From the NCBI RefSeq assembly GCF_009914755.1, contig NC_060931.1: DNA of 64,000 nucleotides. One strand, given 5' to 3'. A model generated the notes under the pieces. It was not told the origin of the DNA. It saw only the letters and a list, made by a program, of their open reading frames with translations, and did not search any database. A program made the translations under genes and the position numbers. Every line of letters begins with the position of its first letter. The stretch's first letter is position 1. Positions 46,061 to 61,510 of the stretch are shown here, piece after piece. The DNA comes from the human T2T-CHM13v2.0 reference genome, Homo sapiens.

Positions 46061-47103
46061 AGAGAGAGCATATGGAAAAGTAGGGAGGGAAATGAATACA
46101 GCAGAAAAGATTGATTAAACTAAAACTGAGTTCTTGAAAAAGACTAATAAAATTCTTAAACCTATTGCATGATTGACGAAGAACAAAAAGACAAAAAACA
46201 AAGAAATAATGATAGCAATAAAATCGGGACATAACTAGGTATCTATACAGAATTACAATGGAAGGAAATACTATAGTCACATTTTACAAAAATGAAAACT
46301 TAGGTAAAATTCAGTTTTTCAGAAAAAATATATTTCACAATATAGACTCAAAAAATTAAATAGATTTCTTTTTTTAAATAGATTTCTAGAAATACAAAGT
46401 AAAATGCAGGAAGAAGAAGAAGGAAAGAAGGAAGGAAGAAGGGAAGGAAGGAAGGAAGTAATCAAAAACTGGAAGAGAACAAGGATGCTGATTCTTAGTA
46501 TTACTACTGTGTATTCAGTGCAGTAAGATGGCAAAAAAAATATGAGATACAAATACAGAATAGAAAGATTTGAAGGAAGAAATGATTTAATTTGTTGTTA
46601 GATTAATAATATATACTTATTAATTACAAAAAATAGTAAGTAAGCAGTGGAGAAGTCAGACAAAACCTTCCACATGTCATCAAAATAAACATTGCTAAGG
46701 GGCAAAAGATTATCACATGTGTCTTTAAGAAACATACATCACTTATGCAACGTTCTAGGAAAAATATCTAAAATCTAAATCTAAATGTAAGAAAACATCA
46801 GACAAACTCGAATTGAGTTATACTCTGTAAAATACCTGTCCTTTATTCTTCAAACATGCCAATGGCATGAACAACAAACAATTGCCATAGAATTGTTTGT
46901 TGTTGTTCATGATTTTGAACTGGATTCTATACTGGAAAAATCATTGCTGTAAAGGAAAAATTATTGATGTAAGAGACAAAACTAGAATATAGATTATAGT
47001 TTAAATAAAAGTGTATTATAAATATTCAGTTTCCTGCATTTTATAACTGAACTGTAAATGTCTAAAAGTACGTATATCATTTTTCTTAAGAAATACACAT
47101 TGA

Positions 47104-47410
<307 letters not shown>

Positions 47411-48857
47411 TATATATTGAATTTTTATGGCATGAAGGTACATAATGTATACAATTCACTGCCAAATGGTTCCGTGAAATTTTGCCATTGTGTCTATGTA
47501 TCTAGAAATGGATAAAGATGATAAAATAAACATGATCATGTTTGAAATTGTCAATTCCAGATTGTATGGGAGTTCTTTTTAATATTCTTGCAACTTTTAT
47601 ATAATTTTGAAATTTTCTATAAGTTTGAATTTTTAAAAAACTAAAAAAGATAAAATATACAGTAACTACACAAGGACCAAGGAATAAGTCTAACAAGGGA
47701 GATACACAAACTTTTGGGAAGTAAATTATAAACCTTTATTAAAGACGTGAAATAGAATTTAGAAAATGGAGGAATATACCTTGTTTGTGGATAAAAAGTT
47801 ATCCACAAACTTAACAAAACTTAAATATATACATATATATATACACACATATATATACACATATATATATACACACACACACACACATACACACAGTACT
47901 AGGAGAGAATCCAAACAAAGCATGATAGCTTCACTGAGTTGAAGAAACAGTGATTGGAGTTCAGTTAGTCTAAAGTCACTGGAATTGCAAAAAGTATTGG
48001 AAAAGAGTGAGCAAGGCAGGGAAAGAGCACCATAGCATTCACTGGAGTCTTCGGCTGAACACCAAGCTATGCATGGTTAGAGTATGGATCCGTGAGACTA
48101 GGCACAAAACTATAGGGGAAAGAACATCTACTAGGAAACTAAAACTGAACACTCACTAGAGCTTGCACAGGGCAGAGGAATAATTGGCATCTGACCAGGC
48201 AGAATGTAGAAAGCTCGTTAAACACCAAAGGCATTCAAAAGTGCACTCAGAAAGGTCAAGAATTAACAGTAGGGCTGAAGTATCTAGCATAGGGAACTAT
48301 AAACCTGCCCTGACAGAATGCTTTTTTTTTGTAAAGCATTTAAAAATGCTTTTTTAAAATGCTTTAAAAAAATGCTTTTTTTCAAAAGCATTTAAAGAAT
48401 CCAGCTGATCCGAAAGAAACTTAACCGCCTGTTAAAACAAAACTCAGTTCTCTTAAAAGAAAAATATCCTGACCTCAGTAATGTGATATTCACATTGCAC
48501 AGTGTTAAAAAAAAAAAACCCAAATGTGAAGAAACAGGAAACTAGGACTCATAATCAGAAGAAAATCAATGAATAAAAATGGGCCCAGAAATGACAGAGA
48601 TAATGCAATTGACAGACAAGGACTTGAAAACAACTATTATATAAAGATTTTTAAAGGAAAGCATAAAAATAATAAAAGCAAAGTAGAATAAAAATTAATA
48701 TCATGGAATTCAAGGAAGTTGATGCATACAAGAATGAAGAGATGAATAAAGATCCTACAGGAAATGTGAACACATTGAGTCAAGGTGGATGGCAACACTG
48801 AAAATGAGAAGCATTTTTCTAAACCGGAACAAAATGAGATAGAATGGATGACAATGC

Positions 48858-49600
48858 CATCTCACACCAGTTAGAATGGCAATCATTAAAAAGTCAGGAA
48901 ACAACAGATGCTGGAGAGGATGTGGAGAAATAGGAATGCTTTTACACTGTTGGTGAAAGTGTAAATTACTTCAACCATTGTGGAAGACAGTCTTGCAATT
49001 CCTCAAGGATCTAGAACCAGAAATACCATTTGACCCAGCAATCCCATTACTGGGTATATACCCAAAGGATTATAAATCATTCTACTATAAAGACACAGGA
49101 ACACGTATGTTTATTGCGGCAGTATTCACAATAGCAAAGACTTGGAACCAACCCAAATGCCCATCAGTGATTGACTGGATAAAGAAACTGTGGCACATGT
49201 ACACCACAGAATACTATGCAGCAATAAAAAAGGATGAGTTCATGTTCTTTGCAGTGACGTGGATGAAGCTGGAAACCATCATTCTCAGCAAACTATCACA
49301 GGGACAGAAAACCAAACACTGCATGTTCTCACTCATAAACAGGAGTTGAACAATGAGAACACATGGACACAGGGAGGGGAATATCACACATGGGGGCCTG
49401 TAGCGGGGTGGGGGGCTAGGGGAGGGATAGCATTAGGAGAAATACCTAATGTAGATGATGGGTTGATGGGTGCAGCAAGCCACCATGGCACGTGTATACC
49501 TATGTAACAAACCTGCACGTTCTGCATATGCACCTGAGAACTTAAAGTATATATATATATACACACACACATATATGTATATACATATATGTATATATAT
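48858..49600 (+). mobile_element. L1PA (PA7-like) 3' fragment, tail converted to a TA/CA microsatellite
   Basis: ORF2 C-terminus (48978-49349) and 3' UTR aatgtagatgatgggttgatggg. Imperfect TSD atggatgacaatgc (48844-48857) / atggatggtaatgc (49601-49614). Confidence 0.93.
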
Positions 49601-51698
49601 ATGGATGGTAATGCAAAAAAAAACAGTAATTGCATCTAAGAAATAGCAAAAGCTTTCCTATCAAATGGCCTTGTTGAGTATGAAAGTTTCATGGGAAAAT
49701 CAGAAAAAGTCAGTAGGAATTAAGAGAAATAAAATGATGCAAGAAAGTGGAAGCAAATTATACGACAAAACTAAAATATATATATATATATATGTATAAG
49801 ATGATTTTGAAGATCAAAGCTATATTAAATGTATTAATTAGTAGAAAAAGCTAACATATTACATGACTTTTGCCATCATAGTTTTAAGACTAGGAGGCCA
49901 ATATGATACAAGGTTAGTCAATAACCAAAAAAAAAAGTAGGGTGTTAGTTAAACCAAGCTACATAGAAAGATCTCAAGATAGAAACGACATAATTGAATA
50001 ATAGAAAGCCATCAACTTTCTAGAGATCATAAAAATGGCAGAGTTGATTCAAGAGAACTTGGGGAATGGCAACTGGAGAGATGACTGTGTCAGAGAGACC
50101 ACAACCCTTCAGAAGAAGGTGCGAATCAGGGCCTGGTCCTGCATGCAGGTGATTGAATTAGAAATGAAACAAGACTGAATTAAAGTAAGGATATAATGGA
50201 GCTGATAAGAGAAAGGTGTGTGTGTGCATGCGTGTACTCTGTGATGGGATAGACACAAGTACAGAAACCTTCAAGGAATTTTGAGGATCTTTCTGTTGAT
50301 TGGTTGACAAGGAATGTCATACATTCAGTCACATGCTGCTCTTTTGGGAGGATGGCATGTTAGGAGGCCCTTACTGAGGCATGAGATATATAAGCTCTCA
50401 TATTTGCTTTAAAAAGGTATCTGGGTGTTATGGTAACAGGAAAAACACACTAGCCCAAACCACATTCCTCTAGCCTGCCATACTTGTACACCAACTCTAT
50501 AAAAGACCTTTAGCTTAACGTTTTGTTTTCTGTTAAAATTTTAAAAATTCTTGAAAGGAGTATTCACCTAAACTGATCCTTCATTTGTTTTGTGGAGCTG
50601 ATGAATTTATCGAATCTTTTTTTCTGACAGTAATTTGAATAAAAAGAAAGGAGGAAAATACTAGGTCATAGAGAAGTTCCAGTAAGAAGAAAATACTGCA
50701 TCAAAGAAGAAGCTAGGAATACAGAATTCATTATTTAACTGAGCTCACTTCTGCCTGCCACACCTTGTACATACCTGGGCCGTACAACTCTGAAATGAGG
50801 TGTGGCCCAGTGTTCCAGGATGAGTCCAGGCAGAGACTTTTCCTGAACCCCTGTCAAATTTGCTGCTCAAAAAGCTTGAGTTTAAGCCAAATCCAATAAA
50901 AGGAAAGATTTCACTCACTATGTGGTAAGCTTGGTTTTCCTGATTTCTCAGCGAGATTGTCTACAGAAGATCTAATGGAAAAAAACGTTGTTATATATAA
51001 TCTCTGGGTGTGCCTGAGACTGGGGGCAGGGTGGGAAAGTGAAGAAAAAGGGTGCATGCTATTTGATTATCTGTATCCAGGTAGTTAATCCCTTTCTTTG
51101 AATAAGTCAAAATGATTTGACAGCCATTATTTAAAAATAGGTTCTGTCTTAGAACTTAAAAACAGATGAAAGTACATTTCCTATTTTCCTGCTTGAATAT
51201 ATCTACTGTTTATTCTTTATTTTTTTAATATCTATGTGTGCTTTTTTAAATGTATAACTAAAGCAACAAAATTTTAAGAATCTCTGTTTTGTCATTGTTC
51301 ACGTAACAGTGAGAGACAGAGACCAAGTGTCAGGAGAATCTTGTCCTTCAGTGGTTACTCAGGATTCTGATGCTCACGCTATGCTTACAGGGGCAGGGTA
51401 ATAGCCTTTTCACTGCAGTCTAGCCCTAGGCCTTTGAAATGCTACCATCCCAGCGAGATTAAAAAAGGACTGCTTAAAGATGGTTAGATGTTGGGAGTAT
51501 GTGGTATGTAATTCTACCGTTCATTGATTTTGACAAAGCATTTTAACTACCTACATAAACTGTGTCCAAAATAACCACTTACTGTGTTATTGCAATGTTT
51601 GCATTGCCAACTTCATGAACAGAGTTTCTAAAATTATGTGACTTTATATAGATAATAGTCTACTGATGCAGTAATCTATGACATTCAAGATTTGTAAT

Positions 51699-53035
51699 TA
51701 ATGCCACATATCTACAACTATCTGATCTTTGACAAACCTGACAAAAACAAGAAATGGGGAAAAGATTTCCTGTTTAATAAATGGTGCTGGGAAAACTGGC
51801 TAGCCATATGTAGAAAGCTGAAACTGGATCCCTTCCTTACACCTTATACAAAAATTAATTCAAGATGGATTAAAGACTTAAATGTTAGACCGAAAACCAT
51901 AAAAACCCTAGAAGAAAACCCAGGCAATACCATTCAAAACATAGGCATGGGCAAGGACTTCATGTCTAAAACACCAAAAACAATGGCAACAAAAGCCAAA
52001 ATTGACAAATGGGATCTAATTAAACTAAAGAGCTTCTGCACAGCAAAAGAAACTATCATCAGAGTGAACAGGCAACCTATAGAATGGGAGAAAATTTTTG
52101 CAATCTACCCATCTGACAAACGGCTAATATCCAGAATCTACAATGAACTCAAACAAATTTACAAGAAAAAAACAAACAACCCCATCAACAAGTGGGTGAA
52201 GGATATGAACAGACACTTCTCAAAAGAAGACATTTATGCGGCCAAAAGACACATGAAAAAATGCTCATCATCACTGGCCATCAGAGAAATGCAAATCAAA
52301 ACCACAATGAGATACCATCTCACACCAGTTAGAATGGCGATCATTAAAAAGTCAGGAAACAACAGGTGCTGGAGAGGATGTGGAGAAATAGGAACACTTT
52401 TACACTGTTGGTGGGACTGTAAACTAGTTCAACCAAGTCAGTGTGGCGATTCTTCAGGGATCTAGAACTAGAAATACCATTTGACCCAGCCATCCCATTA
52501 CTGGGTATATACCCAAAGGATTATAAATCACGTTGCTATAAAGACACATGCACATGTATGTTTATTGCAGCACTATTCACAATAGCAAAGACTTGGAACC
52601 AACCCAAATGTCCAACAACGATAGACTGGATTAAGAAAATGTGGCACATATACACCATGGAATACTATGCAGCCATAAATAATGATGAGTTCATGTCCTT
52701 TGTAGGGACATGATTGAAGCTGGAAATCATCATTCTCAGCAAACTATCGCAAGGACAAAAAACCAAACACCGCATGTTCTCACTCATAGGTGGGAATTGA
52801 ACAATGAGAACACATGGACACAGGAAGGGGAACATCACACACTGGGGCCTGTTGTGGGACGGGGGGATGGGGGAAGGATAGCATTAGGAGATATACCTAA
52901 TGTTAAATTACGAGTTAATGGGTGCAGCACACCAACATAGCACATGTATACATATGTAACTAACCTGCACGTTGTGCACATGTACCCTAAAATTTAAAGT
53001 ATAATAATAAAAAAAAAAAACTGAAAAAAAAAAAA
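51699..53035 (+). mobile_element. L1PA (PA4-like) 3' fragment without a visible TSD
   Basis: Open 254-codon ORF2 C-terminal fragment (51701-52465), 3' UTR ggagatatacctaatgttaaa, A-tail. Confidence 0.95.
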
Positions 53036-56000
53036 GAAAATGGCAAGGCCTTGCTCCAAAATCCTCAAGGCCTCCGCTAAGACTCACCTATGGGAACCTG
53101 CCAAAGGCTCCAAACAGCATCCCTATCTGCCAGTGATACCTCAAACCATTGGATCTCCTGGGTCATATGGCCCAAGTGGCAGAGCAGCTTGCACAGCAGC
53201 CTGGACCTGTTGCAGAGCCTTCTCCTGTTCTGGACCCCACTCAAAACTGAGAGCCTTTTGGGTCACCTGATAAATGGGCTACAGTAACACACCCAAATGA
53301 GGAATGTGTTGCTTCCAACATCCAAACAGGCCCACTAGGCATTGTTTCTCCTTCTTGGTTGTAGGAGAGGCCAAATGCAACAACTTATCCTTCAGCTTAG
53401 AAGGAATATCTCTACATGCCCCACACCACTGGACCCCTAGAAATTTTACTGAGGTAGAAGTTTCCTGAATTTTAGTCAGATTTATTTCCCATCCTCTGGC
53501 ATGCAAACATCTCACCAAAAAGTCCAGTGTGTTTGCTACTTCTTGCTCACTGGGTCCAATAAGCATAATGTCATCCATGTAATGGACCAGTGTGATATCT
53601 TGTGGAAGTGAAAAGTTATCTAGATCTCTCCAAATAAGATTACGTCACAAAGCCAGATAACTGATATACCCCTGAGGTAGGATTGTAAAGGCATATTGCT
53701 GTCCTTGCCAGCTGAAGGCAAATTGCTTCTGGTGGGCCTTATAGACAAGAATGGAGAAAAAGGCATTTGCCAAATCAATGGCTGCATACCAGGTACCAAG
53801 AGATGTGTTAATTTGCTCAAGCAATGAAACCACATCTGGTACAGCAGCCACAGTTGGAGTCACCACTTGGTGAAGCTTATGATAATCCACTGCCATTCTC
53901 CAAGATCCATCTGTCTTCTGCACAGGCCATATGGGAGGGTTGAACAGAGATGTGGTGGGAATCACCACCCCTGCGTCTTTCAAGTCCTTGATGGTGGCAC
54001 TAATCTCCACAATCCCTCCAGGGATGCAATATTGTTTTTAATTTACTATTTTTCTAGGTAGAGGCAGCTCTAATGGCTTCCATTTGGCCTTTCCCACCAT
54101 AATAGCCCTCATCCTACAAGTCAGGGAGCCAATGTGGGCGTTCTGCCAGCTGCTAAATATGTCTATGCAAATTATACATTCTGCCACTGGGGAAATGACC
54201 ACAGTATGATTCCAGAGACTTACTGGACCCACTGTAAGTTGCACCTGAGCTAAAACTCCATTAATTACCTGACCTCCATAAGCCCCTACTTTAACTGGAG
54301 GACCACAGTGACGTTTTGGGTCCCCTGGAATCAAAGTCAGCTCAGAGCCAGTGTCCAGTAGTCCCTGAAATGTCTGATCATTTCCTTTTCCCCAGTGCAC
54401 AGTTACCCTGGTAAAAGGCCAGAGGTCTCCTTGGGGAAGGATGGGAGAAAGATTCACTGCATAAATTGTTGGTAATATAGTGAGGTCCTTCCTCAAGGGG
54501 GCCCAGCCTCCCCTTCATTCAAGGGGTTCTGTGTTTGTAAACTGGCTCAAGTCTGGAAATTGGTAGAGGGGCTGTTGCTCTCTGTTTTTGTAATTCAAAT
54601 TAGTCTTTTCCATTCAACCTGCAAGTTTTCTGTTTGTATAGCTTAAGTAGGAATGCAGTAGGCTTCCTCTCAATTTCACTTCTAGGAACACCATGATTAA
54701 TTAGCCAGTACCAGAGCTCTACACAAGTCAGACTATTCTGATTGCCGCTTTGCCTCTGCTGTCCATTACAGCAGCTATGCCCACCTTGCCTTTGAAGGTT
54801 GAGTGCTGCCATTTGGCCCCTGCCAGCTCAGTTATTCCCATTGTATTTAAATTTTGTAGTTGAGTGACTGAGGTTCTCATCATTAGATCTGACATACAGA
54901 GAAGAGCAATTACAGAGCACTTCAAAGATGCAGGTGCTGCCCTCACAAATCTATTTTGCAAGGCACTGGTCAAGGGTATATCTTCTGGCCCCTCCCATCT
55001 GGGATGAGTAGGTCTAAAGTGATTAATCCACTCCACCATCCCAATCTCCCTAAGCCTGTGGATCCCTTTCTCTACATTAAACCAAAGGAGATCAGGCATT
55101 TCCAGCTGGCTCACAGTGGCCATCTTTTAATCCATATTTCAGCTAACCAAGGAAATAAACTATCAGAACTTTTTTTAACTCCCCAAGCTGCAACATTAAA
55201 TGCAGAGTTCTTACTTAGTGGGCCCAAATCAATAAATTCAGCCTGATCCAACTCTATGTTCCTTCCACCATTATCCCATCCCCATAATATTCATTTCCCA
55301 TGCCTGTTCTCCAGATTGCTGTTTATGTAAATTAGAGAACTCAAACAGTTCTTTTCGAGTGTAGGGCACCTCCTCATGGGTCATACTCTTAACCTCACCT
55401 CTAGGGGCCTGCTGGGACTTTAGTCTAGTTATAGGTCTATAAGCAAACAGATGTATTGGGGGTGGCTTCTGAGGAGAATCAACATTATCTTGCCTGGCAA
55501 CTGCCTCAGGGGAGGCCATCACTCTTGCCTCAAGCAGTGCAGGGTTTATCTCCCCAGACAAAGGTGGAAAGGCTCATGGCAGAATGCGTCAGGGAGGGGA
55601 TGTTGTCACTACTGGGGATGGGGAAGCTGCTCCTTCTGGCAAAAAAGTTCATCAGAGTTTACAAGCTCAGTGTCCCCAGCTTCATCGGGGTCCTCCCACA
55701 CATCCCCATTCCAAGTTGCAGGATCCCATTCTTTTCCAATCAATGCCCTCACTTTAACAGTAGACACCTGGTGAGGCAGTGCATAAACCTTTCATTGCAG
55801 GTCAGCCACTCGCGTGATAACAGCTTATGTCTGTTTTTCCACAATTTCAGTTCTTTCTCTACAGGAGATAAGACTCTCATTCAGGGAAATCTTAGCAGAT
55901 TTGAGGCTCAGTGTCTGCTTCTGAAGCTGGGAGACAGAATCCCTGAGTTCATCATTTTCTTTCATCGCTGTGTTCACAGGATTTAGGAGCAACCAACCAG

Positions 56001-56270
56001 CTTCATTATATTCCTTGGTTCTCCACATATGATCAAAGGTATTATGTTTAGAGTCACTAAACTCCTTGCCTCTCATGAGTGGTGAATCAGGAGGTTCAAA
56101 TGCATTTATTTTGCATAACTCTCTAAACAGTTTACACCAAGGACTATCAGTGTTCTCCATACTATAAGTAGAGTTCTTAGCATTTTGGGGTGTAATCATA
56201 TTAAACAGCCAACTCCAGAACTCCATCCTTAATATTCTGTTTCTCTAGAACCATTCCTGGTACCAAAATC
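53036..56270 (-). mobile_element. HERV-L internal region (gag, protease, RT; disrupted), 3'-truncated
   Basis: gag-like fragments 54728-56226; protease LLDTGSELT (54038-54496); RT motifs WPVQKTDGSWRM, IDLANAFF, LPQG and HYMDD (~53571-53585). Confidence 0.95.
56251..56266 (-). promoter_or_regulatory. Primer-binding site (tRNA-Leu type)
   Basis: - strand reads LTR end aca-gatt-ttggtaccaggaatgg, the ERV-L PBS position and sequence. Confidence 0.75.
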
Positions 56271-56773
56271 TGTATTAGTCAGGGTTCTCTTAGAGGGACA
56301 GAACTTAAACTAACAGGATACATATATATCCTATTAGATAGGATAGACAGAACTAATAGGAGATATACATATATAATATATGTGTATGGGAGTTTAGTAA
56401 GTATTAACTTACATGCTCACAAGGTCCCACAGTAGGTTGTCTGCAGGCTGCAAGCTGAGGGGCAAGGAGAGCCAGTCGGAGTCCCAAAACTGAAGAACTT
56501 GGAGTTCAATGTTCGAGGGGAGGAAGCATCCAGCAAGGAGAAAGATGTAAGCTGGGAGGCTAAGCCCGTCTCTCCTTTTCATGCTTTTCTGCCTGCTTTA
56601 TATTCGCTGGCAGCTGATTAGATTGTGCCCACCAGGTTGAGGCTGGATCTGCCTTCCCCAGACCACTGACTCAAATGTTAATTTCTTTTGGCAACACCCT
56701 CCCAGACACAAGTAGGATCAATACTTTGTATCCTTCGATCCAATCAAGTTGACACTCAGTATTAACCATCACA
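56271..56773 (-). mobile_element. MLT2A (A1-like) 5' LTR of HERV-L
   Basis: - strand begins tgtgatggttaatactgagtgtcaacttgattgg and ends agaaccctgactaataca. Confidence 0.93.
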
Positions 56774-57059
56774 ACACCAGAGACAGACAATTAAAAAAGA
56801 AAGAAAAAAATGATCAATAAGATTTGAAATGTCACCCTAAATAATAAACAAATAAATACACATAAAAATAAGTATAAATACCATGATTTTATTATTAAAT
56901 TAGGGAACAGCTCTTTTTTCGGAGATGTAAGTAAATCTTTATTGTGGATATTCAGTGTAGTGTAAAACAGACAAAACTGCAAACTTCCCAAATAGATTAG
57001 CAAAATCCAAGATGTGCAAATCCAAGATGACATAATAAGCAGCTGATAAAAATCAGGAT

Positions 57060-57178
57060 TTTTTTTGTAATCTTTGTAGGTATATAGTAGGTGTATATAT
57101 TTATGGGGCACATGAGATATTTTGATACCGGCACTCAAATGTGTAATAATCACATCATGGAAAATGGGGTATCCATCT
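57060..57178 (-). mobile_element. Short L1MA 3'-end fragment
   Basis: gtaggtgtatatatttatggggcacatgagatattttgatac...atggaaaatggggtatccatc, antisense of the same text as 43570-43670. Confidence 0.85.
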
Positions 57179-60100
57179 TAGGAAATAATTTAAATAATAA
57201 GACACTTGGGGAGACAAGATGATCTTTGTACTTTGCAACGTAAAAGAGCATGTTGCAATGCAATATGTGCAGAATATTTCATTTTCATACAAAATAAACA
57301 TACGTGTATATAATGTTAATTAATCATAGGGTATAACTTTGTATATACAACATGATATACACTATAAGCGAGAAGGTATGTGCACACATACAGAAAAATA
57401 TTTACATGCAGAAGGAAATACACCAAACTATGGATAATAACTGGTCCTAGGCCATGAATTATGGATTCCTTTTCTTATATCTTTATACTGTCTCTGTTTC
57501 TCAGAATGTCAACTGTCAACATGAACATTTCTGGTGATCAGGAAAGCTGCTATCAGATAAAAATGATTGAGAATAAAAATTCCAAAGGAATACACAGCTT
57601 ACATAAGTACTGATAAAATTTTAGCTGAACATAAAACCAAGCAGCTATAAATGAGGCAACCAAAATTTAAACTTTCTACTCTAGCTACAAATAAAATATC
57701 CCACAAAGGTTTGTAAGGATGTATAATTTCTTTGTCTCATTGTGATAATTACAAAACTAAATTTGCCCAGTTCTATAATATTGTAAGGACTAAATGAACA
57801 GCATTGTTCTATATAGAAATGCTAAAATCTGAAATAAATGAAATCAATAGTGATCTACCCAATGCGGCTATCCCTAATCCATGTCCTGCATCTCCTATTA
57901 TTTGGGTCACTTCCTGAGATTACCCAAGGCAAAAGCACATGCCCCTTGGATGAGAAGGAGGGGGCCAGATCTCTCCTTTGCACAGGAATTGAATCAGCCC
58001 TTGAGCTTGGCTGACTGGACCTGCAAAAGGGAAACCAGAGTGTGGCCTGAGGTTGAACTTCAACACACACCCTGGTGAGGCACGACAGATAGAAACTCTG
58101 TATTTATCTCCAGGACTTCCTGAAATCCCAAGACATTTTTCAAGAAATTTAAAAACTGATGTCTCTATCTGAATCTCTCCAAAAGGAAAATGAAAATGAA
58201 AGAGGGAAGATGGTAGGTGAGAGATGGCAGCTGTGTGAAGACGCCTGAGGCATGTGGACAGGCTTAGGAGGAAGAGAACGGAGGTCACCCTGCAGTGGGG
58301 CAAGGAGGGGAAGGCAGCAGAAAGAACAAGCTAGTCTAGGCCCATGGAATCTCTAAAGGCACCACAGCTGGCAGCAGAGCTACCTCTAAAGGCTGGGCTT
58401 GGAATGTGGCTGAAGGAAGGGGTGGATTAAAGGTCCACATGAAACAGCAAGACCCCAGATGTCCAGTTCCAGCCACAGCACAAGAGGCCATCCCTCCCCA
58501 ACCTTAGCATGGACCAGCCACCCATGCAGGCTCCTGAAGCAGCTAAGAGCAATTTGAGAAACATTTCTTACTATAGATTCTCTCTTATAAGTGAGAGTGA
58601 GTCCAAATGAATAAAGACATACAGTCCTGGGCTTCAAGATACTGAAATCTGTTGAGTATCATGCTGAACTTTGATGGAGCCTCATCCCTTTAGATCTGGG
58701 GCCGTAGACGTCAGAAGGTTGTATGAAGGAGGCACCTATATGAGAAGCTTTGTGATCCCTTTTATTTCAAGAAGGCTTCTATTTGGGACGTGGAGCTTAC
58801 GGTTAATCCACATTTCAGAGGGTATTATTGCAAATTAGTCAACAAATCTCTAGGCTTTTATGACTTCCATGTGTCGAAATGAAGAGCAACCAACCAAATG
58901 AAATGACCCATGAATATTTTTTAATAAAATAGGACACAAAATTGACTTAACATGCATTCAAATGCCCTAGAATTTATTTGTTGCACTTTGTAACAGAGGT
59001 CAACATGTGCCAAGATTGTTTTCATTTATTTCCTTAATACTAAATCAGCTTTAGCAAAGAGGAATAAAATTCCCAAGTACTTACTATATCCGAGCCAAAT
59101 TATTCAATCACCTTGGAACTATTGAATCAGTTTAATTTTTTCACTGGTAACTTGTTATTCACAGTTCTAGATGTTTATTCATGTAACTAAACTAAATACA
59201 TTGAAAACAGCTTCAAATTCTGTGCAAGATTACAAGAGGTTGTGTGCGTGTGTGTGTGTGTGTGTGCAATCTTATACCTATATTATATACATAGATATGA
59301 CAGAGAAAAAGAGAGATTCCATAAGTACATTTTGGTTTGTGTTTGCTATTTGCTGTGGTCATGTGCAACCACATAGTTGGCACATAATACATGAACTACT
59401 TTTATCCGTGCTTTCCAGTCATGACACCAAATTTAGCCCTTTTACAAATAATATTTAGACTATCTGTTGATGTATTTGGTATGGCTAGAAGAAATTTTTT
59501 TTTATTTCCCAAGTGCTGAAAGCAGCCACACCAGTCTCACCTCTTAGGAGCTAACTCTGGGGTAACTTTATAAAGTCAATTAAAAGAAAGTTTGAAGGAA
59601 GCTGCATTTGCCACAGTGCAGAAAACAAGAAGCAGCAGGGAAATTGCAAATCTTGCCAATTGTGGGTTCTGCCATTCTGGGATGCAGAAATAAAAAAAAA
59701 TTAAAAGGCCAGTGCTGGCCCCTGGGATTTCTTTTTCTCTGGGTCCAGCACTTTGGACTCCAGTCAACCCCGGCAGCTGGCATCCCAGACCAGTTTTAGT
59801 CGGCAGGTTGGAATCCTGGCCATTCCCACTCAGTGCCTTCATCTGTACCCACCACACATAAAGGGCTGTTTGAATGAGACCTTAAGAATCAGAGCTCTGC
59901 CTATTCTTCATTTTGGGCAAGATTCATCTTTGTTCCTCAAGAGACAATGGCTGTGCTCCCTTTCCTCTCAGTTGAACTCTTGGCAACCCACAGAGAGTAG
60001 GGCATCTGCTTCTGCGTGTTCAGTTCCCACTGCACTCACTGTTCGGATTGCACACACCAACTCTCCAAATGCGTTCGAAATAGATCTGTGGCTCTTGAGT

Positions 60101-60409
60101 GAGTTCTGTGAGCTTCACAGCTGAGATGTGTGTCCCTCATCACCAAGTGGATGTGGGAACAGTGACGATGACTCAGAGCAGGAATGAAGCCATGTTCCTC
60201 CCCCTGCATCCTGGAAGCCATGACATTCGATTATGGAGGAAATATGTGGTGGGTCCTCATGTGTATGAGGTCTACACAAGGTGTTGGTGGTGTAAAGTCA
60301 GGTGAAACATGATCCCAGCCCTCAAGGATATTTCAATTCAGAGATGAAGAATCTATCAGAATGCGATGCATGCTAGGTCATTCAACAAATACACATGTGT
60401 ATCTACTAC

Positions 60410-61510
<1,101 letters not shown>

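Noticed and set aside
51701-52465. 254-aa open frame as a gene
   Set aside because: Standard L1 ORF2 C-terminal fragment of a young 5'-truncated copy, without a promoter or RT core.
53036-56226. Coding-competent or domesticated HERV-L gag/pol
   Set aside because: Split into many short frames by stops and frameshifts, with the 3' half missing.
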